DNA from: a virus | Lineage: Duplodnaviria > Caudoviricetes | Reading direction: 5' to 3' (one strand) | DNA length: 41,355 nt | Virus record (IMG/VR): IMGVR_UViG_3300005512_000089 | Span: 1 to 41,355 of that record | Part shown: positions 10,129 through 19,966 of the stretch, in pieces | How positions within the stretch are numbered: the stretch's first letter is position 1 | How the letters are laid out: each line of letters opens with the position of its first letter | Position numbers and translations under genes: made by a program | Notes under the pieces: model-generated | The model's input: only the letters and a program-made list of their open reading frames with translations | What the model was told of the DNA's origin: nothing | The model's database searches: none

Positions 10129-10535
10129 TACATTTTTTCAACTTCTACACCGAGTTGCTGAAGCACACCGATGCCGTCTGTGATTCTATATTCGTTTCTA
10201 TAATATACCTTTTTAACCCCGGCTTGCGCAATCATCTTGGAGCAATCGGGACACGGGCTGTGAGTACAAAACAATTCCGCTCCGTCAATAGACTCTGAAG
10301 ATTTAGCCATTTTAATCAATGCGTTTTGTTCTGCATGTAGAACAAACGGATTAGTGCTACCATCTTCCTTTTCGCAACAATTAGTATGAAATCCAGACGG
10401 TGTCCCGTTCCATCCGTGGGCTAAGATACTCCCGTTCTTAACTACAATAGCCCCTACTTTGAGTTTCTTACAATTTGAAACCTGAGAGAATAACTCGGCA
10501 GTTTGCATATATGCTTCTTTGATCTCTGGCTTCAT
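10128..10535 (-). CDS. dCMP deaminase
   Basis: KVGAIVV, GWNG, HAEQNA and SPCPDC zinc-binding motifs. Confidence 0.93.
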   Translation of the reverse strand: MKPEIKEAYMQTAELFSQVSNCKKLKVGAIVVKNGSILAHGWNGTPSGFHTNCCEKEDGSTNPFVLHAEQNALIKMAKSSESIDGAELFCTHSPCPDCSKMIAQAGVKKVYYRNEYRITDGIGVLQQLGVEVEKM

Positions 10536-10556
10536 TGTAGGGGCGTCTCTTAGACT

Positions 10557-10585
10557 ATTATATCACTTAAATCTTCTTATGTCGA
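10557..10585 (-). promoter_or_regulatory. sigma70-type promoter
   Basis: TCGACA-17 nt-TATAAT upstream of the dCMP deaminase. Confidence 0.6.
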
Positions 10586-10872
10586 ACGTTTTTCAGCCCT
10601 TGTTCATTTTTCAGCCAAGAAACGTAATCGCCCCATTCTCTCATCTCTTCCTTGCCTAAAAACACTTTCCCTGTTTTAGGAGGTCTAACCCTCTTTCTTT
10701 CTTTAGGGGCCTCAGGAAGCTTTACTTCTTCCACTATTTCTTTTTCATCTTCCTTAGGTCCTGGATCCGTAAAAAACTCCTCTAGCTCTTGCTGAGGGAT
10801 CTTATATTGATCTTCTTGAGTTGGTTCTTCCGCTTTAGCGGCCTGAGATCTTCTGGGTCTTCTTGTGGTCAT
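10567..10872 (-). CDS. hypothetical protein
   Basis: start MTTRR at 10872 preceded by an AGGAGGAG Shine-Dalgarno. Confidence 0.65.
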   Translation of the reverse strand: MTTRRPRRSQAAKAEEPTQEDQYKIPQQELEEFFTDPGPKEDEKEIVEEVKLPEAPKERKRVRPPKTGKVFLGKEEMREWGDYVSWLKNEQGLKNVRHKKI

Positions 10873-11267
10873 ATTCTCCTCCTTTTGCAACTAGAGCACC
10901 CGGCCCATCCACTTACTCTAGACGGTCCTGGATAGTTATTACCTGGGATATCTTCAGCGCTTCCAACCTCATAGAGTCCAGGTGCTAAAGTAGAAGATTC
11001 TTTACTTTTGATTTCTGTCCATTTTTGCCAGCCCCACATATCTTCTGATCCAAAGACGTGGGGGTTTTGTGGAGAATTATCAGCCATATTTGCTCTAGTG
11101 TTTCTAGTGGGTCCTGGATTTACTCTATTTGAATTTTTTAGATATCTCTCTTGCGCAAGGGCCTGACGCACGTACGCGAAGTTTTGTGTTGTATTTGATC
11201 TATAGTCCGAATTTTGCTTATCTTCGTTCCAAGAACTATAAGGCGTTTTAGAAGAATTAATTGCCAT
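10869..11267 (-). CDS. hypothetical protein
   Basis: ATG start MAINSSK at 11267; ends with CSSC; the upstream TTG start in the ORF track overlaps the GTTTAAA element. Confidence 0.65.
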   Translation of the reverse strand: MAINSSKTPYSSWNEDKQNSDYRSNTTQNFAYVRQALAQERYLKNSNRVNPGPTRNTRANMADNSPQNPHVFGSEDMWGWQKWTEIKSKESSTLAPGLYEVGSAEDIPGNNYPGPSRVSGWAGCSSCKRRRI

Positions 11268-11288
11268 TTTCTTAAGATCTATCCTCCC

Positions 11289-11319
11289 TTTAAACAAAAA
11301 ATTAAATTTGAGGTTTAAA
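11289..11319. promoter_or_regulatory. divergent GTTTAAA elements
   Basis: minus copy at 11289-11295 (21 nt before ATG 11267) and plus copy at 11313-11319 (26 nt before ATG 11346). Confidence 0.6.
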
Positions 11320-11345
11320 GAAAATTACCTAATAAACATTCTAAA

Positions 11346-11690
11346 ATGCCAACTAGCAAAATGAGCCGACATTCCTCGGAGGGAGAAGTTATTACAGTGA
11401 ATGAAATCTCTGAATTTGATTTTGGAGAGCCTGAAGTAGTTCCTGTAGAAATCTCAAACGGAAAATTCCTATACTTAAAAGAACCTTGCGCAGAGGATCT
11501 TATCGTAATTTCTGAGATTAACTCTAACGAGAAACTCTCCGAGATCGAAGCGACTCTTCAGACAATCTGTGTACTTCACGCGCCTGAAAATGGAAAAAGA
11601 CTCTCTTTAAAAGATGCTAAGAAGCTTACAGCTAGACAGCTTAAGAAAATTGGTAGCGCGCTATCATCTCTGCTAGGATCAGATGAGTGA
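11346..11690 (+). CDS. tail assembly chaperone (Mu gp41-like)
   Basis: LKEP.AEDL...LS..D..KL...QL..I pattern. Confidence 0.6.
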   Translation: MPTSKMSRHSSEGEVITVNEISEFDFGEPEVVPVEISNGKFLYLKEPCAEDLIVISEINSNEKLSEIEATLQTICVLHAPENGKRLSLKDAKKLTARQLKKIGSALSSLLGSDE

Positions 11691-12117
11691 TGAGAAATAC
11701 TCTGTAATTAGAGAGCATAACTATACTATTTCTATAGTAGATAGGAAGGGAAATAAATTATCATTCAGAGACATCACAGGAAAAGATCTAGAGTTTTTAG
11801 AGAAGTACATAGACGAGGAGGAGAGTCTAACTATAGATGGCGTTATAGACATTTTAAAAAGGATCAATTTATCAAAGATTGGGATAGAAAAATTAACTCC
11901 TAGAGTCATAAAAGAGGTATTTGAAATAGTAGGACAAGAAATATTATGTAATTTTATTACAAAATTTAAATGGTTAGAAGTATGCTATGCGTTACAAAAT
12001 AATTCTTTTGTTGCTATAGATTACTTTGAGTCTCAGCCTATGACAAAAGTTATGGCGATGATTCAAGTCCATGAAAATGCAATTGCAGAAATGAATAAAC
12101 CTCGGGATAAAAAATGA
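11683..12117 (+). CDS. second tail-assembly-chaperone-like protein
   Basis: LSFRDITGKDLE and IEKLTPR resemble the chaperone fold; overlaps the upstream chaperone gene. Confidence 0.45.
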   Translation: MSDEKYSVIREHNYTISIVDRKGNKLSFRDITGKDLEFLEKYIDEEESLTIDGVIDILKRINLSKIGIEKLTPRVIKEVFEIVGQEILCNFITKFKWLEVCYALQNNSFVAIDYFESQPMTKVMAMIQVHENAIAEMNKPRDKK

Positions 12118-12356
12118 CGGACATACTTCGCCTAAAACTTATTTTAATTCTATGCTCTATAGTTGTTAATAAGGATCAATTAAAACTCAAAGAGTTTATT
12201 AAAGTCTGTTCTAGGCACGTGACTGACTCCGATTTTAATAAGATTATGCGAAAGTCCTTAAAGATCCTAGAGACACAAAAATGTGGGGCGGATAGCTGTT
12301 CAGATTGGCTCATGAATAACCTATTTGAGCTTTACAAGAGCAATGGGGATGATTAA
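12114..12356 (+). CDS. hypothetical protein
   Basis: 80-aa ORF with ATGA overlap. Confidence 0.6.
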   Translation: MTDILRLKLILILCSIVVNKDQLKLKEFIKVCSRHVTDSDFNKIMRKSLKILETQKCGADSCSDWLMNNLFELYKSNGDD

Positions 12357-12375
12357 GGGTATTAAATGACCGTTT

Positions 12376-12382
12376 GTTTAAA
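12376..12382 (+). promoter_or_regulatory. GTTTAAA putative late promoter element (sheath/head operon)
   Basis: 39 nt before the sheath ATG at 12422. Confidence 0.55.
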
Positions 12383-12421
12383 GACACTCTGAAAGGCCTC
12401 TTACTTTGCAAAGAATAATTT

Positions 12422-15372
12422 ATGGCTAATCCTGTAAACATTAACGTAGGCGCGATTCAGCGCCCTGGAGTGTTTGTTGCACAGTCCGTAACTGGTGGAT
12501 TACCCCAACCCTTGGCATCTCATGCTATTGGTTATATCTTTGGATCTACACCCACAGATCCTTATGATGATTCACCTGTCGATAACTACGCATCTCTACT
12601 CCCATATACACCAACTCAGATTGGTTCCCTAGACGATTGGGTTCAGAAAGCCGGTGGAGTCCCCACTGCCTCTTCAAATCCCCAGTCTATAATCTCTTAT
12701 GATTCTGTTAAAGCGTTCTTCGAGAACGTGGGTGTTAACGGAATCCTCTATTATACACGCGTAACTCCGACTCCTGAGTCTAAAGTAACCGTGACAAAAG
12801 GTGCAGGTTGGAACTTATTTGCCCTTAAAATCGGTGGAAGATACTTTGGCGATACTAAGATCGGCACAGAATCTGGTACTGGTATTGATATCAGAGTAAT
12901 CACAACTACCGCTCTTGATGCCAACGACAACGCCTTTGACATCGTTGGATATCTAAAGAACGACGACCCTGACTTCAAGACTTTCTATAGAATCGAGCAA
13001 ACACCTGAAGAGTCCAGAAACGCGACTTTCAGAATCTATTCTAAAGACACCAGAGAAGTTCCTACTATTGAGTCATTTAAAGCATATCAGATCTCTGATA
13101 CCGCTTACGCATCTCCTACAGACGCATCAACTATTAGCCGTTATGTTCCTATCAAGGACATCAACCTTCGTTGTGTTTCTAGAGACCTTGCTACTTCTGA
13201 GGCAATCACGTTCATCAAGCGATTGAGGATTTCTTAATCGATCAGGAGATCTATGCTTCAGCATCTGCGATCCCAAGCGGAAAAGTTGTTGCTGTTACAA
13301 CTGACGAGAGAATCGGAAAAGATAACCACATCAAGTGGAGCGATGCTTGGGCAGCGTACTATAGATGGGATGGATCAGATTTCACTTCTGGTTTTGATGG
13401 CACAGGTCTTACTGTTGCCCCCTCTGGACAGATCGTTGACATTGGCGGTAGCGTAACTAGATCTGGATATGTTCCTGACAGTGTCCAAGTCTTCTATGTA
13501 AACGTTGCTGGAGAAAACAGAGTAATCATCGCAAACGGATCTACACCCGCTGAACTTACAGCCGACGTAGTTAAGTCTCTTAAGGAAATCCTTGAGGAAA
13601 AAGCTTTAGATGCATACTACGAAGTTGAGGCCGTTGACACGGATTACTCCTCTCTATCTAGCGGAACATACGTTCCTAATAATGGAATTGGCCTAGGAAC
13701 AACAATCAGTGCTGCAGGACGTCCTGCACTTCGTCCTACAAATGACGGAAAAGCTCTTACTGGAACTGTAAAAATCGTTGCTAATGACGCAACAATTAGC
13801 AGTGTTCCCACAGCCAATGAGGCCGGAACGCTTACTATCGATGCAGACGGTAACGTCACAGGATTGGGAACTAATTTTGCAAGCACACTCCGCCCTGGAT
13901 TCAGAATCCTTGTTGGAAGTGAGACTTATGAAGTCGCTCTCGTGGGTAGTGACACTAGCGCCGTAGTTAATATGGTACCTGGAGCCTCTACTGCAAGTGG
14001 AGCAACGTTCAAACTCATCCCTACAAGATTCACAGAAGATCTTTACGTAGGTGCTCAGATCGTAATTAATGGCTACAGACTAGAAGTGGCAAGCATTGCC
14101 CACGATGGAGAACTTGAGGTTACTACTGCAACAACTCCTACCTGGTCTGCTTCTTCTACTTCTGTCTATCTAGATAGCTCCATTAAAAACGGATTTAATC
14201 GCCACGACTACGTACTAAGAGTTAAGGTCACTTCCAAGAACGGAATTCCTTCTCCCATCGTACCTGGTCTTGATAGATATAACCAAAAAGACACCAACGT
14301 AATCAGAGTCAACTCTGTTGAAGAGGCCGCTGACTTTACGAATTACAAACTAAATGCAAAGTCTCGTGCTCAGGACTTTGTTTATGCGATCGAGCAGGGT
14401 ATGGGAACTAGCGACTATCGCCCTGGATTCCTTATCGCTCCTGAGGCGTTCGGTTCCTTCAAGCAAGAGACCGGAGTCCTTACAAAGAAAGAAGCAAGAG
14501 AAGAAAGAGTAAAAGTTACTCAAGCGCTTCTCAGAGCCGCTGAAGGTAAGCTTGGTGAGGTAGAAGGTATCACCGGTACCCAGCACATCGCTCTTATCGA
14601 TTGCGGTGCAGACGAGCTCAGCCTTAGCGAAGTACAAGACGAACTTGCTTATATCAAGTCTGTTGCTGGTGCTCCATTTGGCCATGCTGCTTTCTATGCT
14701 CCTTACATCAAGAACGCTGCTGATCGCTTCGTACCACCTAGTGGTTTCGTTGCTGGTATTGCATGTTCTAGATACGTTAACGAAGGCTTCCAGCAAGCCC
14801 CTGCAGGTGCAAGATATCCGCTAAGAGGAGCCAATGGCCTTCGCTTTGATATCACAGCTCAGCAGCAGGAAGTAACATATCCTCTAGGCCTCAACCCAAT
14901 CAGAAGCCTACCCAACAGAGGAATCGTTGCTTGGGGTGCTAGAACCACAAGTTCTAATGCTCTCTTTAAGTATGTTAACACTAGGGCGATTCTTAACGTT
15001 CTTCTAGACGTCATGGCAAGAAGCTTTGACGACATTCTATTCGAGCAAATTGATTCTGCAGGCACACTCTACTCTAGAGCAAAGTCTATTGCTTCTCAGA
15101 TCATGGGTCAACTCTACAGACAAGGAGCTCTATTTGGGGCAAGGCCTGAACAAGCGTACTTAGTTGTTTGTTCTGATGCTAACAACGCCTTATCTGACCT
15201 AGAAAATGGAACACTAAGACTCGATGCTTATGTGGCCACATCGCCAACTCTTGAGCGTCTTGTTGTTACTGTTGTCAGAACACCTGCTGGTCAGGTTGCT
15301 CAGGTACAGGATTCGTTCTCTAGAAACGTAGATAGATTCGACTATCTACTTAATGCCACCACAATTAACTGA
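12422..15372 (+). CDS. tail sheath protein, about 980 aa, interrupted by a frameshift at 13201-13234
   Basis: N-terminal RPGVFV motif in frame 2, which stops at 13237; frame 1 is open from 13201 to 15372 and carries the sheath motifs YAPY, VPPSG.VAG, APAG, GLNPIR, WGART, YVNTR and LFE. Confidence 0.85.
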
Positions 15373-15380
15373 TCATAAAA

Positions 15381-17237
15381 ATGGCTGATAAGACCGAAGT
15401 TTTAAATCAAAAAGAACCTATCACTTCTCAACAGAAGAAGAAAACTATAAACATTGAAATGTTCAGAGCTGGTCCTCAAATCAGCTCTACTGGACAAAAG
15501 CTGATGTTTACAGAAGAGGATCTTGATCAAGTTATTGGGACATATGCTCCCGATCAGCATGAAGCTCCGTTGATTATCGGCCATGATCAGACAGATGGTA
15601 CACCGGCGTTAGGTTGGGTAAAAGATCTTTGGAGAAAAGGTAAGGCTTTATGGGGTAACGTTGAGCTTACCCCTAAGGCTGAAAAACTAATTCGTGACGG
15701 AGTGTTTAAGAAAGTAAGTAGTTCTTTCTACTTACCAGATGCGGAAACAAATCCTCATCCTGGAAAATTAGCTCTCCGCCACCTCGGACTAGTATCTATT
15801 CCTGCTGTTAAAGGCCTATCCGCTTTTTCCGAAGGTGAACTTAACGAAGAAAAGATTATTAACTTAGCCCCGCCCACGGGGGAAACCACTATTTCGTTTA
15901 AAGAAGCCTTAGAAACAAACAACTCTGCTATGACTAAAAAGAAATCTGACGACGTCGTCAAGGAGGTCTCGGTGGATCAAACAACTGATCATGCCGAAGG
16001 GTCCATGACCGTCAACATTAACATTGGCGGAGGCAAGCCTTCCGTCTACGACGACTCTGGTAATCAGGTCGATGAAACAGGAGCTCCAGCTGACTATAAG
16101 ATGGAGTATGCTGATGATGAAGAAAAAGAAGAAATGGCTCCAGAAGCCGACGCCGAAGCTCCTGAAGCTGAAGGCGAAGGTGATGACATGGGTCTAGAAG
16201 ATGAAGGTGGCGAGGAAGAAGCCCCCGCTGAGGAAGAAGCACCGGCCGAAGAAGGCATGGGTGATGAAGAAGGAGAAGGCGAGGAGCCTGCTAAAGAGGA
16301 AGGCGAAGAAGATATCTCTGGTGAAATGGAAGATAACGACAAGAAAATTGCCTCTCTAGCCGCCGAGTACGAAGAAGACGAGCTCTTCCAAGCGCTGGCT
16401 CTCAAGAAGCAGGCCGGCTCCATGATGGAGAAGGACATGTCTTCTTATGGCGAAATGCCAGAAGGACTTAAAAAGCACATGGAAAAGAAAGAAGGTAAGA
16501 AAGAAGACGAAGAGGAAGAGGAAAAGAAAGAAGAAGCGGATCACGCTGAAGAAGTAGTTGATAACGCTGAAGAAAAGGAGGAAGAGAAAGAAGAAGAGAA
16601 GGAAGAGAAGGCCGATCACGCTGAGGAAAAAGAAGAGGACGAGGACGAAGAAGAGAAGAAAAAGAAAGCTGATATGGCCGAAAAGGTTAAAGAAGAGTTA
16701 AGAGAAGAAACATCTGATAACGCTGAAAAAGCTGCATCTAAGGCTACCGAATCTCTTGATCATAGCGAAACCGCTATTGGAGATCCGAGCATTGAAACCC
16801 TCAACGCTCGCGTAGCCGAATTAGAGGAGGAGCTTAATAAGCAGAGAAAGCTCGCTCGCGAGAAAGAAATCTCTTCGTTTGCCGAGGGACTTTATGAGTC
16901 CGGTAAACTCACAGAACAAGTCGTTCCTAAAGGTGATCTTGTTCGATTCATGGAAACTCTTAACCATAAGAACTCTGTGAATTTCTCTGAGACTGGTAAA
17001 GCTTCTCAGTTCGACTTCATGAAAGGCGTTCTTGAGTCTCTACCTTCGATGGTCTCATTTGAAGAGTTTGCGACACCAGCCACAGCACCTAAAAAGTCTA
17101 AGTCTGTTGAACCAAACGCTTCGGGATATGCATATGATCCCAACACTGCAGATGTTCATGCCGACGCGTTATCTTACGCTGAAGAGAACGGATGCGATTA
17201 CTTAACCGCTGTTAAGTTCGTTATTAACAACAATTGA
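15381..17237 (+). CDS. Mu-like prohead protease fused to an acidic scaffold
   Basis: IEMFRAG, EAPLIIGH, PALGWV, KKVSSSFY and LRHLGLV..PAVKGL protease domain, followed by a Glu/Lys-rich region and a coiled coil. Confidence 0.88.
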   Translation: MADKTEVLNQKEPITSQQKKKTINIEMFRAGPQISSTGQKLMFTEEDLDQVIGTYAPDQHEAPLIIGHDQTDGTPALGWVKDLWRKGKALWGNVELTPKAEKLIRDGVFKKVSSSFYLPDAETNPHPGKLALRHLGLVSIPAVKGLSAFSEGELNEEKIINLAPPTGETTISFKEALETNNSAMTKKKSDDVVKEVSVDQTTDHAEGSMTVNINIGGGKPSVYDDSGNQVDETGAPADYKMEYADDEEKEEMAPEADAEAPEAEGEGDDMGLEDEGGEEEAPAEEEAPAEEGMGDEEGEGEEPAKEEGEEDISGEMEDNDKKIASLAAEYEEDELFQALALKKQAGSMMEKDMSSYGEMPEGLKKHMEKKEGKKEDEEEEEKKEEADHAEEVVDNAEEKEEEKEEEKEEKADHAEEKEEDEDEEEKKKKADMAEKVKEELREETSDNAEKAASKATESLDHSETAIGDPSIETLNARVAELEEELNKQRKLAREKEISSFAEGLYESGKLTEQVVPKGDLVRFMETLNHKNSVNFSETGKASQFDFMKGVLESLPSMVSFEEFATPATAPKKSKSVEPNASGYAYDPNTADVHADALSYAEENGCDYLTAVKFVINNN

Positions 17238-17248
17238 GGTAAATACTA

Positions 17249-17746
17249 ATGGCAACTGACCCCCGTTACATGTCTTTTGACCACCAGTATGTCGAAACTG
17301 TTGAGGTCACCGATTCTACTAACCTAGCTTCTGGTGTTGAGGCCCACAGATTTGTAACTCGTACTGGTGCTTATCCTGCCGGCAACGCTTATGCCGCCGG
17401 TGTTACTGTTTTCGATATCCCTGGCCAAGGTGAACTCACCGATAAGGGATACCAAGTTGACGATGGCACAAATGCCGTCTATGAAGGTCAACTCAACCCT
17501 TCCACCACCCCTTACAAGCCTGGCGTATTCCCCTTCCAGAAGCTTCTCACTGTAGTTACTGAAGGAATCGTCATTGTTGAGGCTGGTGCTGCTATTTCCG
17601 CTGTTGATGGTCCTATCGCTGCTGATGCGTCCGGTAGAGCTGTTGCTGCAACTGGTTCAGGAACTGTTGTTCTAGGTAGAGCTCTTGATACCGCTAGCGC
17701 TGCTGGTGAGTATGTCAGAGTGAAGCTTGGCGACGCTGTTCTTTGA
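17249..17746 (+). CDS. capsid cement/decoration protein (DUF2190-like)
   Basis: GIVIVEAGAAI...ADASGRAV...LGRALDTASAAGEYVRV; lies between scaffold and capsid genes. Confidence 0.8.
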   Translation: MATDPRYMSFDHQYVETVEVTDSTNLASGVEAHRFVTRTGAYPAGNAYAAGVTVFDIPGQGELTDKGYQVDDGTNAVYEGQLNPSTTPYKPGVFPFQKLLTVVTEGIVIVEAGAAISAVDGPIAADASGRAVAATGSGTVVLGRALDTASAAGEYVRVKLGDAVL

Positions 17747-17773
17747 TATAGGTACTAAAGGAGAATATTAATC

Positions 17774-18757
17774 ATGATGAATCTAGATCAGGTACGCGTA
17801 ATTGACCCCATTCTTACGCAACTCGCCCAAGGCTATAAGAACGCCGAAGGCGTAGCCACATTCTTCGGTCCTGCGGTATCTATGAATACCCGCGCTGGCC
17901 GTACTCTCGTATTTGGCAAAGAAGCATTTGCTGCTCAGAACTTCCTTCGTGCTCCTGGATCTAACATCCAGAAGATCCAGAACGAGTTCGGAACCAGAAG
18001 CTTCTCGCTCCGCCAAGAAGCAATCAGCTGGGAAATCGCTGAAGAAATCGCTGCTGAAGCTAAAAACGGAGCTGCTCAGATCGACCTTCGTCAGTATGCT
18101 GCTAAGGATGCTGCGAACCGTCTAATGCAGTCCTGGGAGATCACTGTTGCAACCGCCGTTACAACTGCTGCTTCCTACGAGACTTCCTGCCGTTTCGACC
18201 TTGCGACTCGTGCATCTGGTGCTGACCAGTTCAACCAGGCCACTTCTGACGTTGAGGTTCTAATCGACGAAGCTAAAGAAGCCGTTCGTGCTCAAATCGG
18301 TACCTATCCTAACAAGATGGTTATCAGCCCCGACGCTTTCAACGCCCTCAAGCGTAACAAGAGAATTCGTGACTTCATGCAGCGCGGTATTCTCGTCAAT
18401 GAGTCGACTCTTGCCAACATCTTTGGTCTTGACGAGATTCGTGTTGCACGTCGTCTTAAGCTTAACCAGTCCACTGGTGCTCTTGAGAACATCTACAACA
18501 ACGTAGCGGTTCTCTTCTATCAGCCTTCTGGTGCTACTGACGGTTTTGCTCCTGCATTGGACGCCAACTATGGCAACCCTGCTTTCGGATACACCTACAC
18601 CCTTGCTGGTTATCCTATCGCTACTCCTGAGCGTTTCAACATCGAACGCCGTGTATTTACCGGTGACATCCTTGTTGAGCGTTCCTTCGAGCTAGTCGGC
18701 ATGGGCGAGAATGGTCTTGTTGGTGCTGGTGCCATCTTGACCAACGTTGTTGCTTGA
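17774..18757 (+). CDS. major capsid protein
   Basis: IDPILTQLAQGY, RAPG, PN.MV and P.FGYTY motifs; strongly biased codons; followed by a terminator. Confidence 0.88.
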   Translation: MMNLDQVRVIDPILTQLAQGYKNAEGVATFFGPAVSMNTRAGRTLVFGKEAFAAQNFLRAPGSNIQKIQNEFGTRSFSLRQEAISWEIAEEIAAEAKNGAAQIDLRQYAAKDAANRLMQSWEITVATAVTTAASYETSCRFDLATRASGADQFNQATSDVEVLIDEAKEAVRAQIGTYPNKMVISPDAFNALKRNKRIRDFMQRGILVNESTLANIFGLDEIRVARRLKLNQSTGALENIYNNVAVLFYQPSGATDGFAPALDANYGNPAFGYTYTLAGYPIATPERFNIERRVFTGDILVERSFELVGMGENGLVGAGAILTNVVA

Positions 18758-18782
18758 TATATAATCAACAATCTAACAAAGT

Positions 18783-18808
18783 GGCTGGCCTTCGGGTCGG
18801 CCCTTTTT
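18783..18808 (+). terminator. rho-independent terminator
   Basis: GGCTGGCC-TTCG-GGTCGGCC hairpin followed by a T run after the capsid gene. Confidence 0.9.
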
Positions 18809-18815
18809 GTTTAAA
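18809..18815 (+). promoter_or_regulatory. GTTTAAA putative late promoter element
   Basis: immediately after the terminator and 24 nt before ATG 18840. Confidence 0.6.
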
Positions 18816-18839
18816 GTAAAAAGAAGAAGAATATAAGCT

Positions 18840-19640
18840 ATGCCAGGACCCCAGCCTCCTAGAGATATTCACGGAGTAGCTAGTAATTGTACCCTTGCGA
18901 CTGTAGACTATTTTATATCTATTTTTGGATTCCAAGAAGCTGTAGAGCTTTCAAATATCGAAAATCCCACCGGCAACGGAATAGACGAAGATAAGATCCA
19001 ACTCGCATTAAATGACGCTGCTCAGTTAATAAATAATTACATAGAGAGCGCGCCTCCGCAGGGCAAGATACTTATCGCCGGTTCGTTTAGAAGAACGCAG
19101 GCGACAATAGCAAGATATTATCTAGATATATTACGTCCTAGAACTCAAGTTCAAGAGGCCGCAGAGAAAGCTTTACAACAACTAGAAGCATGGGGTTCCA
19201 AGGGAAGCCCGAGTGCAGGACTCAAATGGCAAGAAGCCTATCGCTATTGGAGATCTGGTTGTTCTATGACTAAGGTGTCTTATCAGAGAGGTCGGAGCTT
19301 TACAGATCCTTCGCTTAATAAGTGGGTACTTCGTGAAGGAAGTAATGATAGGAGTTTCCCATATGCAAACAAAGAAGCCGCAGTTGCTAACAGGAGTTCT
19401 GAAAAAGCTCTAGAGCCAGAGACAATAGGAATGAACGAGGTGCAATCTGATAGTAATCAGAAATCTAACGTGCTATTCGATGCCCTTGAAACAACTAGAA
19501 GCTTGTCTAGCTTTGTGAATACAGAAGATGCCGTCAAGCCTGAGGAAGGAGACGGACTTGTTGCAGATAATGCCACCGAATCTGCAGATGGTGAATTCGA
19601 TAACTACGGTGGTTTAACTACTGAGGACGGTACATTCTGA
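18840..19640 (+). CDS. head-tail adaptor (DUF1320, Mu gp36-like) with C-terminal extension
   Basis: FG..E..EL....G.ID...I..AL.DA...IN.Y...IARYYL pattern. Confidence 0.75.
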   Translation: MPGPQPPRDIHGVASNCTLATVDYFISIFGFQEAVELSNIENPTGNGIDEDKIQLALNDAAQLINNYIESAPPQGKILIAGSFRRTQATIARYYLDILRPRTQVQEAAEKALQQLEAWGSKGSPSAGLKWQEAYRYWRSGCSMTKVSYQRGRSFTDPSLNKWVLREGSNDRSFPYANKEAAVANRSSEKALEPETIGMNEVQSDSNQKSNVLFDALETTRSLSSFVNTEDAVKPEEGDGLVADNATESADGEFDNYGGLTTEDGTF

Positions 19641-19966
19641 TGACTACTAATTCTTATAAAGGCTACAATCCATTTTATCCAACAAACGCCGGTGGTGGTG
19701 CAATGTACGTCACTAACAACGACGCGGGTAATTGCTACGGCTATCTTACTGGGTATAAAACAGGTATTTTCCCAGACGGAACAAAATATAAGGAAGACGC
19801 GGACGCTCTTCGTCAGTATATCTTAAGTCTAGAATCTACTAGGAAGCTACAAGATCTAGTAGATGTTAACTTCACTCGTAATGTAAAGAAAGGAGATTTC
19901 TTAGTTTATGATAATACGAGCGGGAAGTGGGTGCTAACTGACTTCCTTTCTGGCGGCGAGTTCTAA
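19640..19966 (+). CDS. hypothetical virion protein
   Basis: L.DL.DV....KGDFLVYD...GKW fibre-type motif. Confidence 0.6.
   Translation: MTTNSYKGYNPFYPTNAGGGAMYVTNNDAGNCYGYLTGYKTGIFPDGTKYKEDADALRQYILSLESTRKLQDLVDVNFTRNVKKGDFLVYDNTSGKWVLTDFLSGGEF

Noticed and set aside
13201-13237. Canonical programmed -1 ribosomal frameshift in the sheath
   Set aside because: No slippery heptamer or obvious downstream stimulator; kept only as an unexplained break.
13253-13966. ORFs 13253-13456 and 13778-13966, and the TTG start at 13864
   Set aside because: They are out-of-frame shadows or an internal start within the continuous frame-1 sheath sequence from 13201.
16018-16619. Minus-strand Ser/Phe/Leu-rich ORFs
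   Set aside because: Antisense reflections of GAA/GAG-rich scaffold codons.
16480-16680. Repeat array or CRISPR-like region
   Set aside because: Low-complexity Glu/Lys coding sequence; no fixed repeat-spacer structure was seen anywhere in the window.
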